NCBI RefSeq assembly: GCF_006345805.1
Contig: NC_042998.1
Location: 180,482,001-180,546,000, forward strand
Length of the DNA stretch: 64,000 bases
Reading direction: 5' to 3'
Source of the DNA: Octopus sinensis
Lineage: Eukaryota
The translations under genes and the position numbers were made by a program. Below are positions 27,951 through 40,285 of this stretch, in pieces (position 1 is the stretch's first letter; each line of letters opens with the position of its first letter). The notes beneath the pieces are model-generated. The model had not been told where the DNA came from, did no database searches, and worked only from the letters and a program-made list of their open reading frames with translations.

Positions 27951-29898
27951 AGAGTCGCAATAATCAATTGACTAAGAAGTCAAAGTTTCTTTAGAAATGA
28001 TTCTGGTTTGTGTTCTTTCATTGACATTGTGCTGCGATTTGTCTAAAGCAACAACCTTGTTTTCTTATTCATCTGTAAAAAGCGCTAATAAAAACAGATG
28101 AGACGCACGAGACAGAAGCAACTGATAACAATTGAGCAACACATTCATAGGAAATGAAAAAATTAAAAGGTCTATACAAGCGTGAAATGATGTGCAATGA
28201 TATTCCTTGCGTTTGTTTGGAATGAAGCCTCCTCAATATCTAGCTACAGGGTTTGAATGCGTCATTCATTTTCAACAATATCAAAACTCGGATGAAAATG
28301 CGTTTCTTTTCTTTATCAAAAATACACAAAATCAAACCAAGAAACACTTTCCATGCTACGCTACATAAATATTAACAGCTTTCCATTGAGTACATCATCA
28401 CTAAACTTCAAATGCAAAAGAAATTCGAAGAAATTAATGGTAGGCTAAATCCTAAATGTTAATCAAGGAATTTTGTGAACTTGAATTTGTTCGTATGGTA
28501 TGAGACGAGGAAAAGGAAGTTTCATTCAATGCCTACCACTGGAATCAAAATTACACTACGGAAGCTAATGTATTTTCCTCCAGACTAATAAACTTCTCAG
28601 GACTAATATATAACCATTACACACGGCCGCTCACATGTTCGCCATTGACTAGCTTAAATAGTATTTTGAACCATAGAGGAAACACCAATAACTAACACTA
28701 ACATGCCAAAAAAGACCTCTTTTTATTTCATAATTCCTATATCTTCTCTACTGCTACTATAGCGCAATCATTTTGTGTAGCTCACCAGATACATAGCATT
28801 TGTTTTACTCCAACCCTTATTTTCATACACCTTTCATGCAACGTACCTGCCCTGTTATTTCAGGGCATCTACGTTGTTACCACATAACTCCATGCGAAAG
28901 AGTTAACTCAAACCTCACTCCACAGAACTGCATACTTATGTAGCTCTGTGTTTATGAAAACTTGATTGCGAACTCAAATTATCAGTAGTTTAACTTCTAA
29001 TCTACAGCACACAGCATGACTCTGAGGTTGTATTAAATTAGCTTCCAAATTTCGTAGCTGACTATTGAAACAACCACAAGAATGAATGCTTACCTTTCAA
29101 TGTGTCTAAAATCATTAGTATTCTGCAACATGCTCCTTCTTGCTAATATATGCGTAGAATGCAAATATCTGGCCGTAAATAATTGGAGGTACATGTATGC
29201 ATATGTATCAATGTGTTAGTTTATACATATTTACGCGCAGCTACGTGTATGTATAAATAAATGCTTACGAATATATAAAGGCTTATGCATATATCAGCAT
29301 TCAAAAGACATAGGCGTGTATGTATGTGTATATGTGTGTATATATATGCACTTGACTATACATACAAATTCGCAAACCAAATATAAATGGACGTGCACAC
29401 GTTAAACACAGAAGTATGCATGTATACATGTATATCTTTAATTATGTATTTATGCATGTATGTACTCCTGTACGTATGTACTTTTGTATGAATATATGTA
29501 CGTACGCAGTAAGAAGAAAAATAGTAGGTGTGAATAATTAAGTAAAGCGTGGTTCATTGAGAGAAAAGGTGTGAGTTTGTAAATTACAATTGAATTTTGC
29601 TTATGCTTTGAAAGCACACAATATTTACACACACGCAGACACACACAAACAAAACATACACAGACACACATATGCATTTATATGTGTCTGTGTATATGCG
29701 TATATCTGTTCCCGTATGTGTATGTGTGCGCAAGTGTCGGTTTTAGTGTGTAAGTGTAAGTGTAACGGTACGTGTACGTCACGCCTTGTTGAAAACGCAA
29801 GCATTAATAACTAAGCATACGCACATAGGCTTACGTAGACAGAGACAAGTACATATACATACATACACACACACATATATATATATATACGTACATAT

Positions 29899-29929
<31 letters not shown>

Positions 29930-30652
29930 CCACCCTCCTCCTCTCTCCTCTATTCCTCTCAAACCTACTTCCTTCCACCCATATCTCTTTTCTTGCTGTG
30001 GCCCCTAATTCCTCTATTCACTCCTACCTACCTTCTCCCTTCCACCCTCTCCCTTCATCGTCACCCATCCCTCGTTACCCACACCTACACATTCCAACAT
30101 CACCGTCCCTATGCATCCAATCCCACCCCCACCCCATCCCTTAGACTCCACCCTTGCTTACCTCACACCCCTACACCACCACATACCACACCACATCACA
30201 CCACCCCGCTCACACTAGCAATGGCCACTTCCCAACACCCACCCAGCGTAAACACTAGCACTAACCACTTGCCAGCACCTACATCATCCACACACATACA
30301 CATGCACACATGCACAAGTCAAGGTCACCAGTCCCCTTTCACACGCTCATACACGTTCTCACATACATACGCACGCGCACCTTCGTTTTTGGATCACACT
30401 ACATTATTATCTCCCCTTCTTCCTAGCTCTCCTGTGTGACCCCTCTGTCCGGCCTTCGCCATGATAGATCCCTAGCCACTAAACATTTTTCTATTTTCTC
30501 TCCCTGTTTATTTCTGTGTTCCTTTCTATCGAAAAGCTTAGGCTCGAAACATAAAAGATTTTCTCACTTTCCGGGCGTTAAACTAATACATCTGTTTGTT
30601 GTTTACACACCGGTCTTCATCTTTTGCTTTTTGGAAATTCTCACTATCAGCA
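29930..30652 (+). mobile_element. Probable Penelope-like 3' region / pseudo-LTR with degenerate minimal hammerhead
   Basis: C/A-rich body followed by gccatgataga..ctagccacta...gctcgaaac segment shared with 40395-40590, 44459-44650 and 60334-60532. Confidence 0.6.
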
Positions 30653-30795
30653 ACCAGAGACTAGTTTCAGAGTAATTTGCCTATCATCAGTCTGGAGTAG
30701 TATGGCTTCCTAGGGCTAAATAGCAGTAGCATTCTTCCCTTTCATGGGACTGTGACATTAAGTTGACAACATACCATCACTTTATATATATATAG

Positions 30796-30848
<53 letters not shown>

Positions 30849-31639
30849 CGTATACAGAGAGACAGAGAGAGAGTTACATAGATGTGTCTGTATGTATGTG
30901 TGTGTATACATTCATCTTTGATGACTGTATTTACAGGTGAAACTCCAGATTAGGAAGATAATGTGTCGGCCAAATGGGTACTCCTTCCAATATTCAACAA
31001 TAAACTTGCGTTCGTATAAATTAAAAGAAAATGGAGATTTACGATTGACATATTTTAAATATAATTTATTAACATAATATTATATTACAATAAATATAAT
31101 ATAATTTGAATAGAAATACAAATATTAATCCTACAAATTGTTTCGATTCATAACTAGTAATGAATTTATTAAAAAATTCATACGTATGGGTACGATTCTC
31201 ATTAGGGAAATATTTGACAAAATTAGACAAAATTAGATAAAACTACGTGACAGAAAATCTCCATTTTTGTATATTGAAGATATACCTTTTTGAGTTATGA
31301 AAAGTATTTACAGAAGAACCAGTGGCAAATTGGATGCTTTTCCATCCCTATAAAGGAAACTGTATTGCATTATATTTATATATATATAAATTAGTAATGC
31401 AATACTAGAGTATTGCTTTCCAGTAAAGAATAGCCCGTGAGGGAAAAATATACAAAGAAGTAAATATATGGCACAACCAAGTACCGATATTTACTGGAAA
31501 TAGCGAACGTAATAATACGACGCTAATGTATAGCTTCACCGCGTATGTACTAGCAAAAATGCGTGTGTGCAACAAACTAGAAAAAATTGTCTTACCTCCA
31601 GGGAGAACATCTGAAAGATGAAATACCTGGAAAAGGATA

Positions 31640-31720
31640 ATGTGGGACCTGCGCAGGTTTCAGATTTTTCAAGATATGTCTGCCACCCATAAACTTGATC
31701 TATCTTCATCAGCCAAACAT
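31640..31720 (-). ncRNA. Type I hammerhead ribozyme (copy in left arm)
   Basis: Exact reverse complement of 31906-31986. Confidence 0.85.
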
Positions 31721-31905
31721 ATACCACGACAACCTTTCAGATGTTGCCACATTAATGCCATTACACTTTACTGGAAAGCAATACTCTAGTATTGCATTAC
31801 TAATTTATTGAAACTTCTTCACCGTTCTCGTGCTGTTAGCGTTTCGGCGTTTCAGTGGAGTGTAATGGCATTAATGTGGTAACATCTGAAAGGTTGTCGT
31901 GGTAT

Positions 31906-31986
31906 ATGTTTGGCTGATGAAGATAGATCAAGTTTATGGGTGGCAGACATATCTTGAAAAATCTGAAACCTGCGCAGGTCCCACAT
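31906..31986 (+). ncRNA. Type I hammerhead ribozyme
   Basis: Stem I atgt(tt)gg/ccacat; core CTGATGA 31914-31920; stem II agat/atct extended by tcaag/cttga and tatg/cata; GAAAC 31965-31969; stem III acct-gcgc-aggt; GUC cleavage triplet 31978-31980. Confidence 0.88.
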
Positions 31987-32171
31987 TATCCTTTTCCAGG
32001 TATTTCATCTTTCAGATGTTCTCCCTGGAGGTAAGACAATTTTTTCTAGTTTGTTGCACACACCCATTTTTGCTAGTACATACGCGGTGAAGTTATACAT
32101 TAGCGTCGTATTATTACGTTCGCTATTTCCAGTAAATATCGGTACTTCGTTGTGCCATATATTTACTTCTT

Positions 32172-32227
<56 letters not shown>

Positions 32228-32386
32228 TTATTTATTTATTTTTATATATATATTTATTTTTATATATATATTCCTTGATAGTCAGCCTATAATCTCTTCA
32301 GCCCACACTAGTATCACTCTCTCTCTATATAAATACATATATACACATATATATATATATATATTATATATATATGTATATATATA

Positions 32387-32475
<89 letters not shown>

Positions 32476-32749
32476 TGAATGTGTGTATGTATGTATGTAT
32501 GTATGTATGTTTGTATGTATGTATGTATGTAGGTATGTATGTATATATAGGGAGAGAGATACTAATGTGGGCTGAAGAGATTATAGGCTGACTATCAAGG
32601 AATGACGCCATTCCGGTAGTATTATGCCAACTTTGATAGAACAAGTGTGTGGATCGCAAAGGAAGCTATGTTGAACAGTAAACCTCATTTGATCATATTC
32701 CGTGAGGGCATTTCAGACATCCAATTAACTTTTCAGACGACCCTCGTAA

Positions 32750-32763
32750 ATAAATAAATATAA

Positions 32764-32852
<89 letters not shown>

Positions 32853-32891
32853 TAGACAGACAGATAGACAGACAGATAGATAGATAGATAA

Positions 32892-32983
<92 letters not shown>

Positions 32984-32987
32984 GTAG

Positions 32988-33018
<31 letters not shown>

Positions 33019-33020
33019 GA
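32750..33020. repeat. (GATA)n/(GACA)n tetranucleotide microsatellite
   Basis: Direct reading. Confidence 0.97.
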
Positions 33021-34156
33021 TGTGGGTTCTTGTAAGAATGCATGTATGTTTGTATATCAACAATTACTGGACATTCAAATGTTTCGTCCTGCGGCACACT
33101 TTCGTACTTAAACACTACATCGCCACATGTTTGAGGTATAAAATAAATATTTTGAAAAATATTTTACTTATAACCACATCCAAATTTGTGTTTAATGTGA
33201 ATTTTCCCATTTGGCTGACATCGTATTTTTAAATTATCGTAGTCACTCCTTACTAATTTTATTACCGGGCTCTGTCTTCTTTTTTAAACCAGCTGGTGTA
33301 TATATTTTCATAAAAGATAAAGATAAACTTTTTTTCACATCTCTCTCTCGGTCCCTTTTTTTTTCACATTTCAAATTAGTGACAGATATAACTTAACACA
33401 TATCCATGAGTATTTAATAGCTTAAGCAATGCTGGAAAAATGTATATTTTGGAAAAATAAAGTATTTTGCATAGAATTATAGGAAACCACTGCATCAAAT
33501 CTAGATGCGTGATATAATGGCAGTGGGCGATTGGGAGATGGTTGTTAAAAGAAGAATTATGAACGGAGACATGAAAGGAAGTCAAAAATGAGAAAGGAAA
33601 GAGAGGACAGATTAAAGAGATAAAAAAAACCCAACAAGAAGCAATTTCAAATGTCAGTGCATCTGGGTTTAATCAGTTCAAGGTATTTTTTATCCAATTC
33701 TATGTGCATTGCAAATGTCTGAAATTCTAGAATACATCTGAATAAATGTCGGAATTAAGAACGTCTTTTTATCGTTTATCGTTTTATTTCGTTTTCTCAG
33801 GTTTGCATAATTCACACCTATCACTGCCGTTTTGTACGTTAATGTATTACTTAATACGTATATCAGACGCTTTGGCTTTTAGATGAAATATTTATTTATC
33901 TTCCCTGAAAGAAGAAAAAAACAAAGTAGTCAGCTACGTGATAAGATTTCAAATCGGAAGCAATTGTTCGGAATATATAGCGCATACATTCAATCCGTTT
34001 CCCTAACGAGTCAGCTACATCACTATTCGTATTTGTGCGTGCGCGCACGAGCAAGCGTATATACATAGATATATACACCCACCCACATATATGTATATAT
34101 ACCCACTGCATGGCCACAGACTTAGGGTACGAACGTATAAAAGCATAAAGAATAAA

Positions 34157-34250
<94 letters not shown>

Positions 34251-34519
34251 TATATATTATATTAAATTAGAGATAAAACCACTATTAGGCAAATCAAACA
34301 ATGAAAAACTTAAGCCAATACATAAAATTAATATTTTGATATATATTTAAAATAATATAAATTAATTAATTTTATGTATTGGCTTAAGTTTTTCATTGTT
34401 TGATTTGCCTAATAGTGGTTTTATCTCTAATTTAATATAATATAATATTTTACTATAAAATTGGATTCAATCCTAAATCTGATTTTTCCCTGTAAGTTTG
34501 GATTTATTCCCTAATATTT

Positions 34520-35660
34520 TATGATATATATATATACATAAACATACTTGGGCTTGTGTTAGGAGAATTTTCGTAGATTTAGGTTGTCTTTTGCTCTTTA
34601 TGATGGTGTGCGTTTGGGGGATTAAATTCATTCTGTAGTTCCTTTATATTCAGGGAATGTTCTGGAGGATGGTATCGAAGGCTTCATTGTTAAGGGAGTT
34701 GTGTTTGGAGATGTATAGTAGGACTTTTGGTTGTAAATCCTTCTTTAGTTTTGGACGTTTGAGTTCGTGGATGTTAAGTAGTAGGGCACGGTGAACGACT
34801 CTATCAATTAGTGATGGTTGGTAGTTCCTGGTAATAAGTGTATCCTTTAGTTTACGAAGTCGTGTGTCTCTGTTGCTTGTATTAGAAATTATAACACAAA
34901 TCCTTTTTGCTAGGTTGAAGGGGATATTAATTCTAGTGTGTCAGGGGTGGCATAAGTTGAACAGTATATATTGTTTGGAATCTGTGGGCTTATAGTATAT
35001 ATCTGTTTCAATTTTGTTGTTGGATTTCTTAATAAAAATGTCGGGGAATGAAAGTTGTTGATGGTTATATATTCTATCGTAAATTGAATGTTTATATCAA
35101 GTCCATTTGTAAGTGCTTGAAATTCTTTAAGTCTCTCTATTCTTTCATGCCAAAGAATGAAACAGTCATCCAGATACCTCTTCCAGTACTTTTCTATGTA
35201 GAGGGAGAATGGGTTGCCGTATTTTTCTAATACCTTACAACAAAGACTGATTTCTAGATATCCTATGACTAGGTTAGCGAAGGAGGTGGGAGCCGTTCTT
35301 GTACTCATCGCAGTCCCCGAATTCTGTAGATAGAAGTTGTCTTAGAAGACGAAGTAGTTATTCTCCAAGATGAATTTTAGCTCTTCTATAACAAACTCAT
35401 TTTTGATGCGATGTAGGAGTTCATTGGAGTAATTCTCTAGCCAGAATTGAATTGCCTCTATTCCAAGACTGTGAGGGATATTAGAATATATGTTGATTAC
35501 ATCGAAGGATACTAGTAGGGTATTTTTGTTTATTGTTTCAACGAGGTGGTTGAGTATATCTAGGTCGTCCCTTATGTAGCTTTTGATATGCTTGAGGAAT
35601 GGATTTCAGAGGGTATCTAAAAAGTTACTGAGTCGGTGAGTGTAGCATGCAGGAATAATA
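34520..35660 (-). mobile_element. Decayed Penelope-like reverse transcriptase fragment
   Basis: THRLSNFLDTL, HIKSYIRDDL, TAMSTRTAPTSFANLVIGYLE, YWKRYLDDCFILW, IQFTIE and KRQPKS motifs; stops and frameshifts; cut by (TA)n before the GIY-YIG domain. Confidence 0.88.
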
Positions 35661-35869
35661 TCCAGGAAAATATTAAAAACGATATATTCAGAACAGCCAC
35701 CACCCATGAATTTATTCAGAACATTTCCAATCACTATTATTACAAACACAACTTTTAGGTCACTTGACCATTCAAGAGGATTCCACCAAAATCCTACTAC
35801 TGTCAAAACACTCACGTAATCCTCTTCTTTTCCTACTCCCTCTTATTATTTCTCTTCTTTTCCTACTCC

Positions 35870-36005
35870 CTCTTCTTCTTCTTCTTCTTCTTCTTCTTCT
35901 TCTTCTTCTTCTTCTTCTTCTTCTTCTTCTTCTTCTTCTTCTTCTTCTTCTTCTTCTTCTTCTTCTTCTTCTTCTTTTTCTTCTTCTTCTACTCCTTCTG
36001 CTTCT
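35870..36005. repeat. (CTT)n microsatellite
   Basis: Direct reading. Confidence 0.97.
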
Positions 36006-36476
36006 TCGCCGCCTTCTTTCACGGCTACTGTTGCTTAAACAATCAAAACCAAATATCAAATATTCTTTTAAAACTACTACTGCCTACAAGCTACTAACGA
36101 GACTTCACAAGTGTAAAAAGAGAGAGAGAGACACAGACAGAAAAAGAAAAATGCCCCTTGTATTTTAAAGCTATGGACATATTTTAAAACAAACATTTCA
36201 TTTAATTTTTTCCACAATTTAATCGTTTTTCAGGCTTTACCCTAAGTTGAAAAAGTCACAAGGACTGAAGTCGGTACTAAAATGGTCCTCATGATAAGAT
36301 TAGTTTAGTATTTTCTACCTTGTCTTATTTTCCTTCTATATATAAATATATATATATATGTTTGTATGTGTGTATATATACATATATATATATTCATACA
36401 AACATATATATATATACATATATACACATATATATATATATATATATTTATATATATGTGTGTGTGTATATGTATG

Positions 36477-36878
36477 CTCTTTTACTCGTTTACTTGTTTC
36501 AGTCATGTGACTGCGGCCATGCTGGAGCACCGCCTTTAGTCGAGCAAATTGACCCCAGCATTTATTCTTTGTAAGCCTAGTACTTATTCTAGCGGTTTCT
36601 TTTGCCGAACCGCTACGTTACGGGGACGTAAACACACCAGCATCGGTTGTCAAGCGATGTTGGAGGGACCACCACAGACACACAAACACACACACGGATA
36701 CATATACATATGTACGACGGGCTTCTTTCAGTTTCCATCTGCGAAATCCACTCACAAGGCTTTGGTCGGCCCGAGGTTATAGTAGAAGACCCTTGCCCAA
36801 GGTTCCACGCAGTGGGATTGAACCCAGAACCATGTGGTTGGTAAGCAAGCTACTTACCACACCCACTTCTTGCGCCTA
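36477..36878 (-). mobile_element. SINE family B, full length (first of a tandem pair)
   Basis: Colinear with 10348-10845. Confidence 0.92.
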
Positions 36879-36903
36879 TTATATATACATACATAAACAT
36901 ATA

Positions 36904-37344
36904 TTCTTTTAATTCTTTTAATTTGCTTCAGTCATTTGACTGCGGCCATGCTGGAGCACCGCCTTTAGTCGAGCAAATCGACCCCAGGACTTATTCTTTG
37001 TAAGCCTAGTACTTATTCTCTCGGTCTCTCATGCTGAACCGCTAGGTAACGGGGACGTAAACACACCAGCATCGTTTGTCAAGTGATGTTGGGGGGACAA
37101 ACACAGACACACAAACATACACACACACATACACACACATACACACACATATATATATATATCTATATATATATATATACGACGGGCTTCTTTCAATTTC
37201 CGTCTACCAAATCCACTCACAAGGCTTTGGTCAGCCCGAGGCTATAGTAGAAGACACTTGCCCAAGGTGCCACGCAGTGGGACTGAATCCGGAACCATGT
37301 GGTTAGTAAGCAAGCTACTTACCACACAGCCACACCTGCGCCTA
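36904..37344 (-). mobile_element. SINE family B, full length (second of the tandem pair)
   Basis: Colinear with 10348-10845. Confidence 0.92.
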
Positions 37345-37705
37345 TATGTATATATATATAGAGTGAGAAAGAAAGAAAGATTGGGAGAGGGGAGAAAGAA
37401 AGTGAGAAGGGGTAGGAGAGATAAGATATGTATATATACGTAAATATATACACCAATACATGTACGTTGTTCATCTTATTTTTCGAATTTTTCCCTTATG
37501 TAAATTTTCTAATCTCGAACCAAAACTCTTTGAAGCCTTCTCAGAATACAGTCATGCGTGTCCATTTGCTGGTATGCATTCAAACTCTCACGTAATGAAC
37601 TGTTGCGGTAGATTTGTGCAATTCCTTCATCCTTCTCACTCTTCACTTCCAGATAATACTATTTGTACTAGTAGTAGTGGTAGCAGTAGCACCAGCAGCA
37701 GCAGC

Positions 37706-37750
<45 letters not shown>

Positions 37751-38057
37751 CGGGTTGATACTAGCAGCAGCATTAGTTGTTGTTGCCGTTGTTTTCATTT
37801 GTCGTCGTCGTTGTTGTTGTTGTTTTTATTTTCGCTGTTATTGTTAAAAAAAATTTTTTTTTAATATAAATTTTAAAAAAAGTAAAAATAAAAATAAATA
37901 TATATATTTTTAATGATGGTGCTGTCCTCATTCAGGCGTGCCAAACATCATGCTCTGAGGATTTTCAAAGATTTTAAAGTGCAATTTCGGTTTCGGATAT
38001 TTTCGAGATGTGGAATACCCTAATTATTTTAATTTATTATTATTATTATTATTATTA

Positions 38058-38111
<54 letters not shown>

Positions 38112-38165
38112 CATCATCATCATCATCATTCAGTAGTCTTATTTTTATAAGACTACTGAATGATG

Positions 38166-38585
38166 TGTGCCTTGGGTATGTGCTGCGATTTGTTGTGATG
38201 CTCTTATATTTACTGTATTGAAAGTGTTTTACATAGAATGCGTGCGGTGCCTAGTAGTGCTATTTTCTGTATGTCATATAAATTTGTTAGTCCTGGTGTT
38301 TTCGTTATAGATTAATCGGAAAAATGTTTCATCATACCCATTATGATGGGGATTGTGTCTGTTTTTAAACTTCACATTCGAGTTACCTCAAATTCCAGGT
38401 CTTTGTATTTTGAAAGTTTCTCCATTTCTCTTAGAGAAACGTTGTCATTTGTTGGTACTGACACATCAATAAGAAAGCATATTTTTTTGTCTTGAAGATC
38501 TCTGAAACTAAGGCCAACCTGGTCGGTTGGCCTTAATTTCTCTATTTGTGTGTATTGGTATATCCCATAGTATGGTTGCTCTCTA
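38166..38585 (-). mobile_element. 5'-truncated R4/Dong element (RLE domain plus 3' UTR) inside (ATT)n/(AAT)n
   Basis: KKICFLIDVSVPTNDNVSLREMEKLSKYKDLEFEVTRM, TIPIIMG and QKIALLGTARIL motifs; microsatellite on both sides. Confidence 0.85.
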
Positions 38586-38589
38586 TTAT

Positions 38590-38602
38590 TATGATGATGA
38601 TG

Positions 38603-38645
<43 letters not shown>

Positions 38646-38749
38646 TAATAATAATAATAATATAATAATAATAATAATAATAATAGGCGCAGGAGTGGCT
38701 GTGTGGCAAGTGATTGTAACAAACATGCAAATTAAAAATTAAATAAATA

Positions 38750-38828
<79 letters not shown>

Positions 38829-38843
38829 GACGACGACGACGAC

Positions 38844-38912
<69 letters not shown>

Positions 38913-38913
38913 A
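38590..38913. repeat. Compound (AAT)n/(GAT)n/(GAC)n microsatellite
   Basis: Direct reading. Confidence 0.95.
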
Positions 38914-39135
38914 GTAACAAGAGCACTCAGAGAGCGAAAACCTCCGCGAAGGCAACACCAACGTCATCTCAACGATTAGCCGGGGGTGATTTTTAAAAAC
39001 GAGAATATCTGAAATAAACTCGACTGCTCTCACAAATGAAAGTACTAAAAATGAATCCGACTTCTCACAAAAATTACGTAAAAAAACTGGAAAAATAATC
39101 CAGATTCTTTGTCCGGTACCTGATCGATCCCAATG
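38914..39135 (+). mobile_element. HINE-like non-autonomous element, 5' part (3' part at about 39945-40140)
   Basis: Starts taacaagagcactcagagagcgaaaacctccgc; the ccaga.tctttgtccgg.acc.gatcgatcccaa segment is shared with about 39956-39990, whose 3' end has a cctccgcc...ggcagatgt hairpin before (AAT)n. Confidence 0.55.
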
Positions 39136-39710
39136 GTAGTCATGGAATATAAAGGTGGATGTGCGGGTTGTGTTTGTAATGTTGTGTATGTGTTGTCTGC
39201 AGTGGGAACAGGGACAGTTTTCTCTATGAAGGCCTTTTTTAGTCTATCCACTGATATGGTGATTACGACCATTAAGGTCGATAGTGAAAGATTTATGCGT
39301 GCGTGAAAGAACATGGGCAGGAGCTACATATGGTGCTGTTAACGGAGCTTTAACAACATGGTTGCGCACAAAAGCGTGAGTCCTAGAAGTAAAGCTTCCT
39401 TGAAGCCAGAGCTAGAAAAGCAATTGTCAAGTAGGTAAGAGGTTTTAAACAGGACCGATATATTCAAAATAGGAAAGACTAAAAATTGTCGAGGATAACT
39501 TGAATTTATCATGTTATTCTTTTTAAATTTCTGAACAGTTTTGCTGCCGTTTGTTTATATAGAGACGCGAATAAAATTAATAACAGGGAAACGAAAATAG
39601 AACTTTGTAAACAGCAACGGCGCCATAACTTACATGGTAACAATGAGCGTGCTTTCAAGGGAGATAATCAGAGAAAGACGTAACAGTCAACGTAACATCG
39701 TAATTCTTCA

Positions 39711-39931
39711 TACTCTTTTACTTGTTTCGGTCATTTGACTGCGGCCATGCTGGAGCACCGCCTTTAGTCGAGCAAATCGACCCCGGGACTTATTCTTTGT
39801 AAGCCCAGTACTTATTCTATCGGTCTCTTTTGCCGAACCGCTAAGTGACGGGAACGTAAACACACCAGCATCGGTTGTCAAGCAATGCTAGGGGGACAAA
39901 CACAGACAAACAAACAAACACACTGCGCCTA
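39711..39931 (-). mobile_element. SINE family B, internally deleted (3' half joined to extreme 5' tip)
   Basis: 3' half is near-identical to other copies, then jumps to cacactgcgccta. Confidence 0.88.
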
Positions 39932-40138
39932 TGTAAAGTAAATATAACAAATATACCAGAATCTTTGTCCGGAACCGGATCGATCCCAAAATCTAATCAG
40001 TTCGTGCCGGTCTCGAGGCCAAACACTCCTGAAAGTTTCATCCGAATCCATCCAGTGGTTCTTGAGATATCTTGTGAGCGGACAAATAAACATACAAACA
40101 CGACTGAAAGCAATACCTCCGCCTTCGCCATGGCAGAT

Positions 40139-40172
<34 letters not shown>

Positions 40173-40204
40173 TAATAATAATAATAATGATAATAATAAT
40201 AATA

Positions 40205-40257
<53 letters not shown>

Positions 40258-40285
40258 TAATAATAATAATAATAATAATAATAAT

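Larger units (their letters stand above)
31386..32178. mobile_element. Hammerhead-bearing palindromic non-autonomous element (retrozyme/PLE-like), family 1
   Basis: 320-bp inverted arms 31448-31767 and 31859-32178 (4 mismatches by eye), a second 43-bp inverted pair 31386-31428 / 31766-31808, flanked by TA repeats. Confidence 0.85.

Noticed and set aside
29786-30439. 217-aa Pro/His/Thr-rich ORF
   Set aside because: It spans a TA tract and a C/A-rich repeat body; stop-poor composition explains its length.
31536-32090. Two near-identical 63-aa ORFs on opposite strands
   Set aside because: A by-product of the inverted arms. They have weak starts and overlap the hammerhead, with no evidence of coding.
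31386-32178. Palindromes as pure assembly artefacts
   Set aside because: Arm mismatches, asymmetric permuted segments and the same design recurring in unrelated sequences argue against this. Read-level confirmation is still needed.
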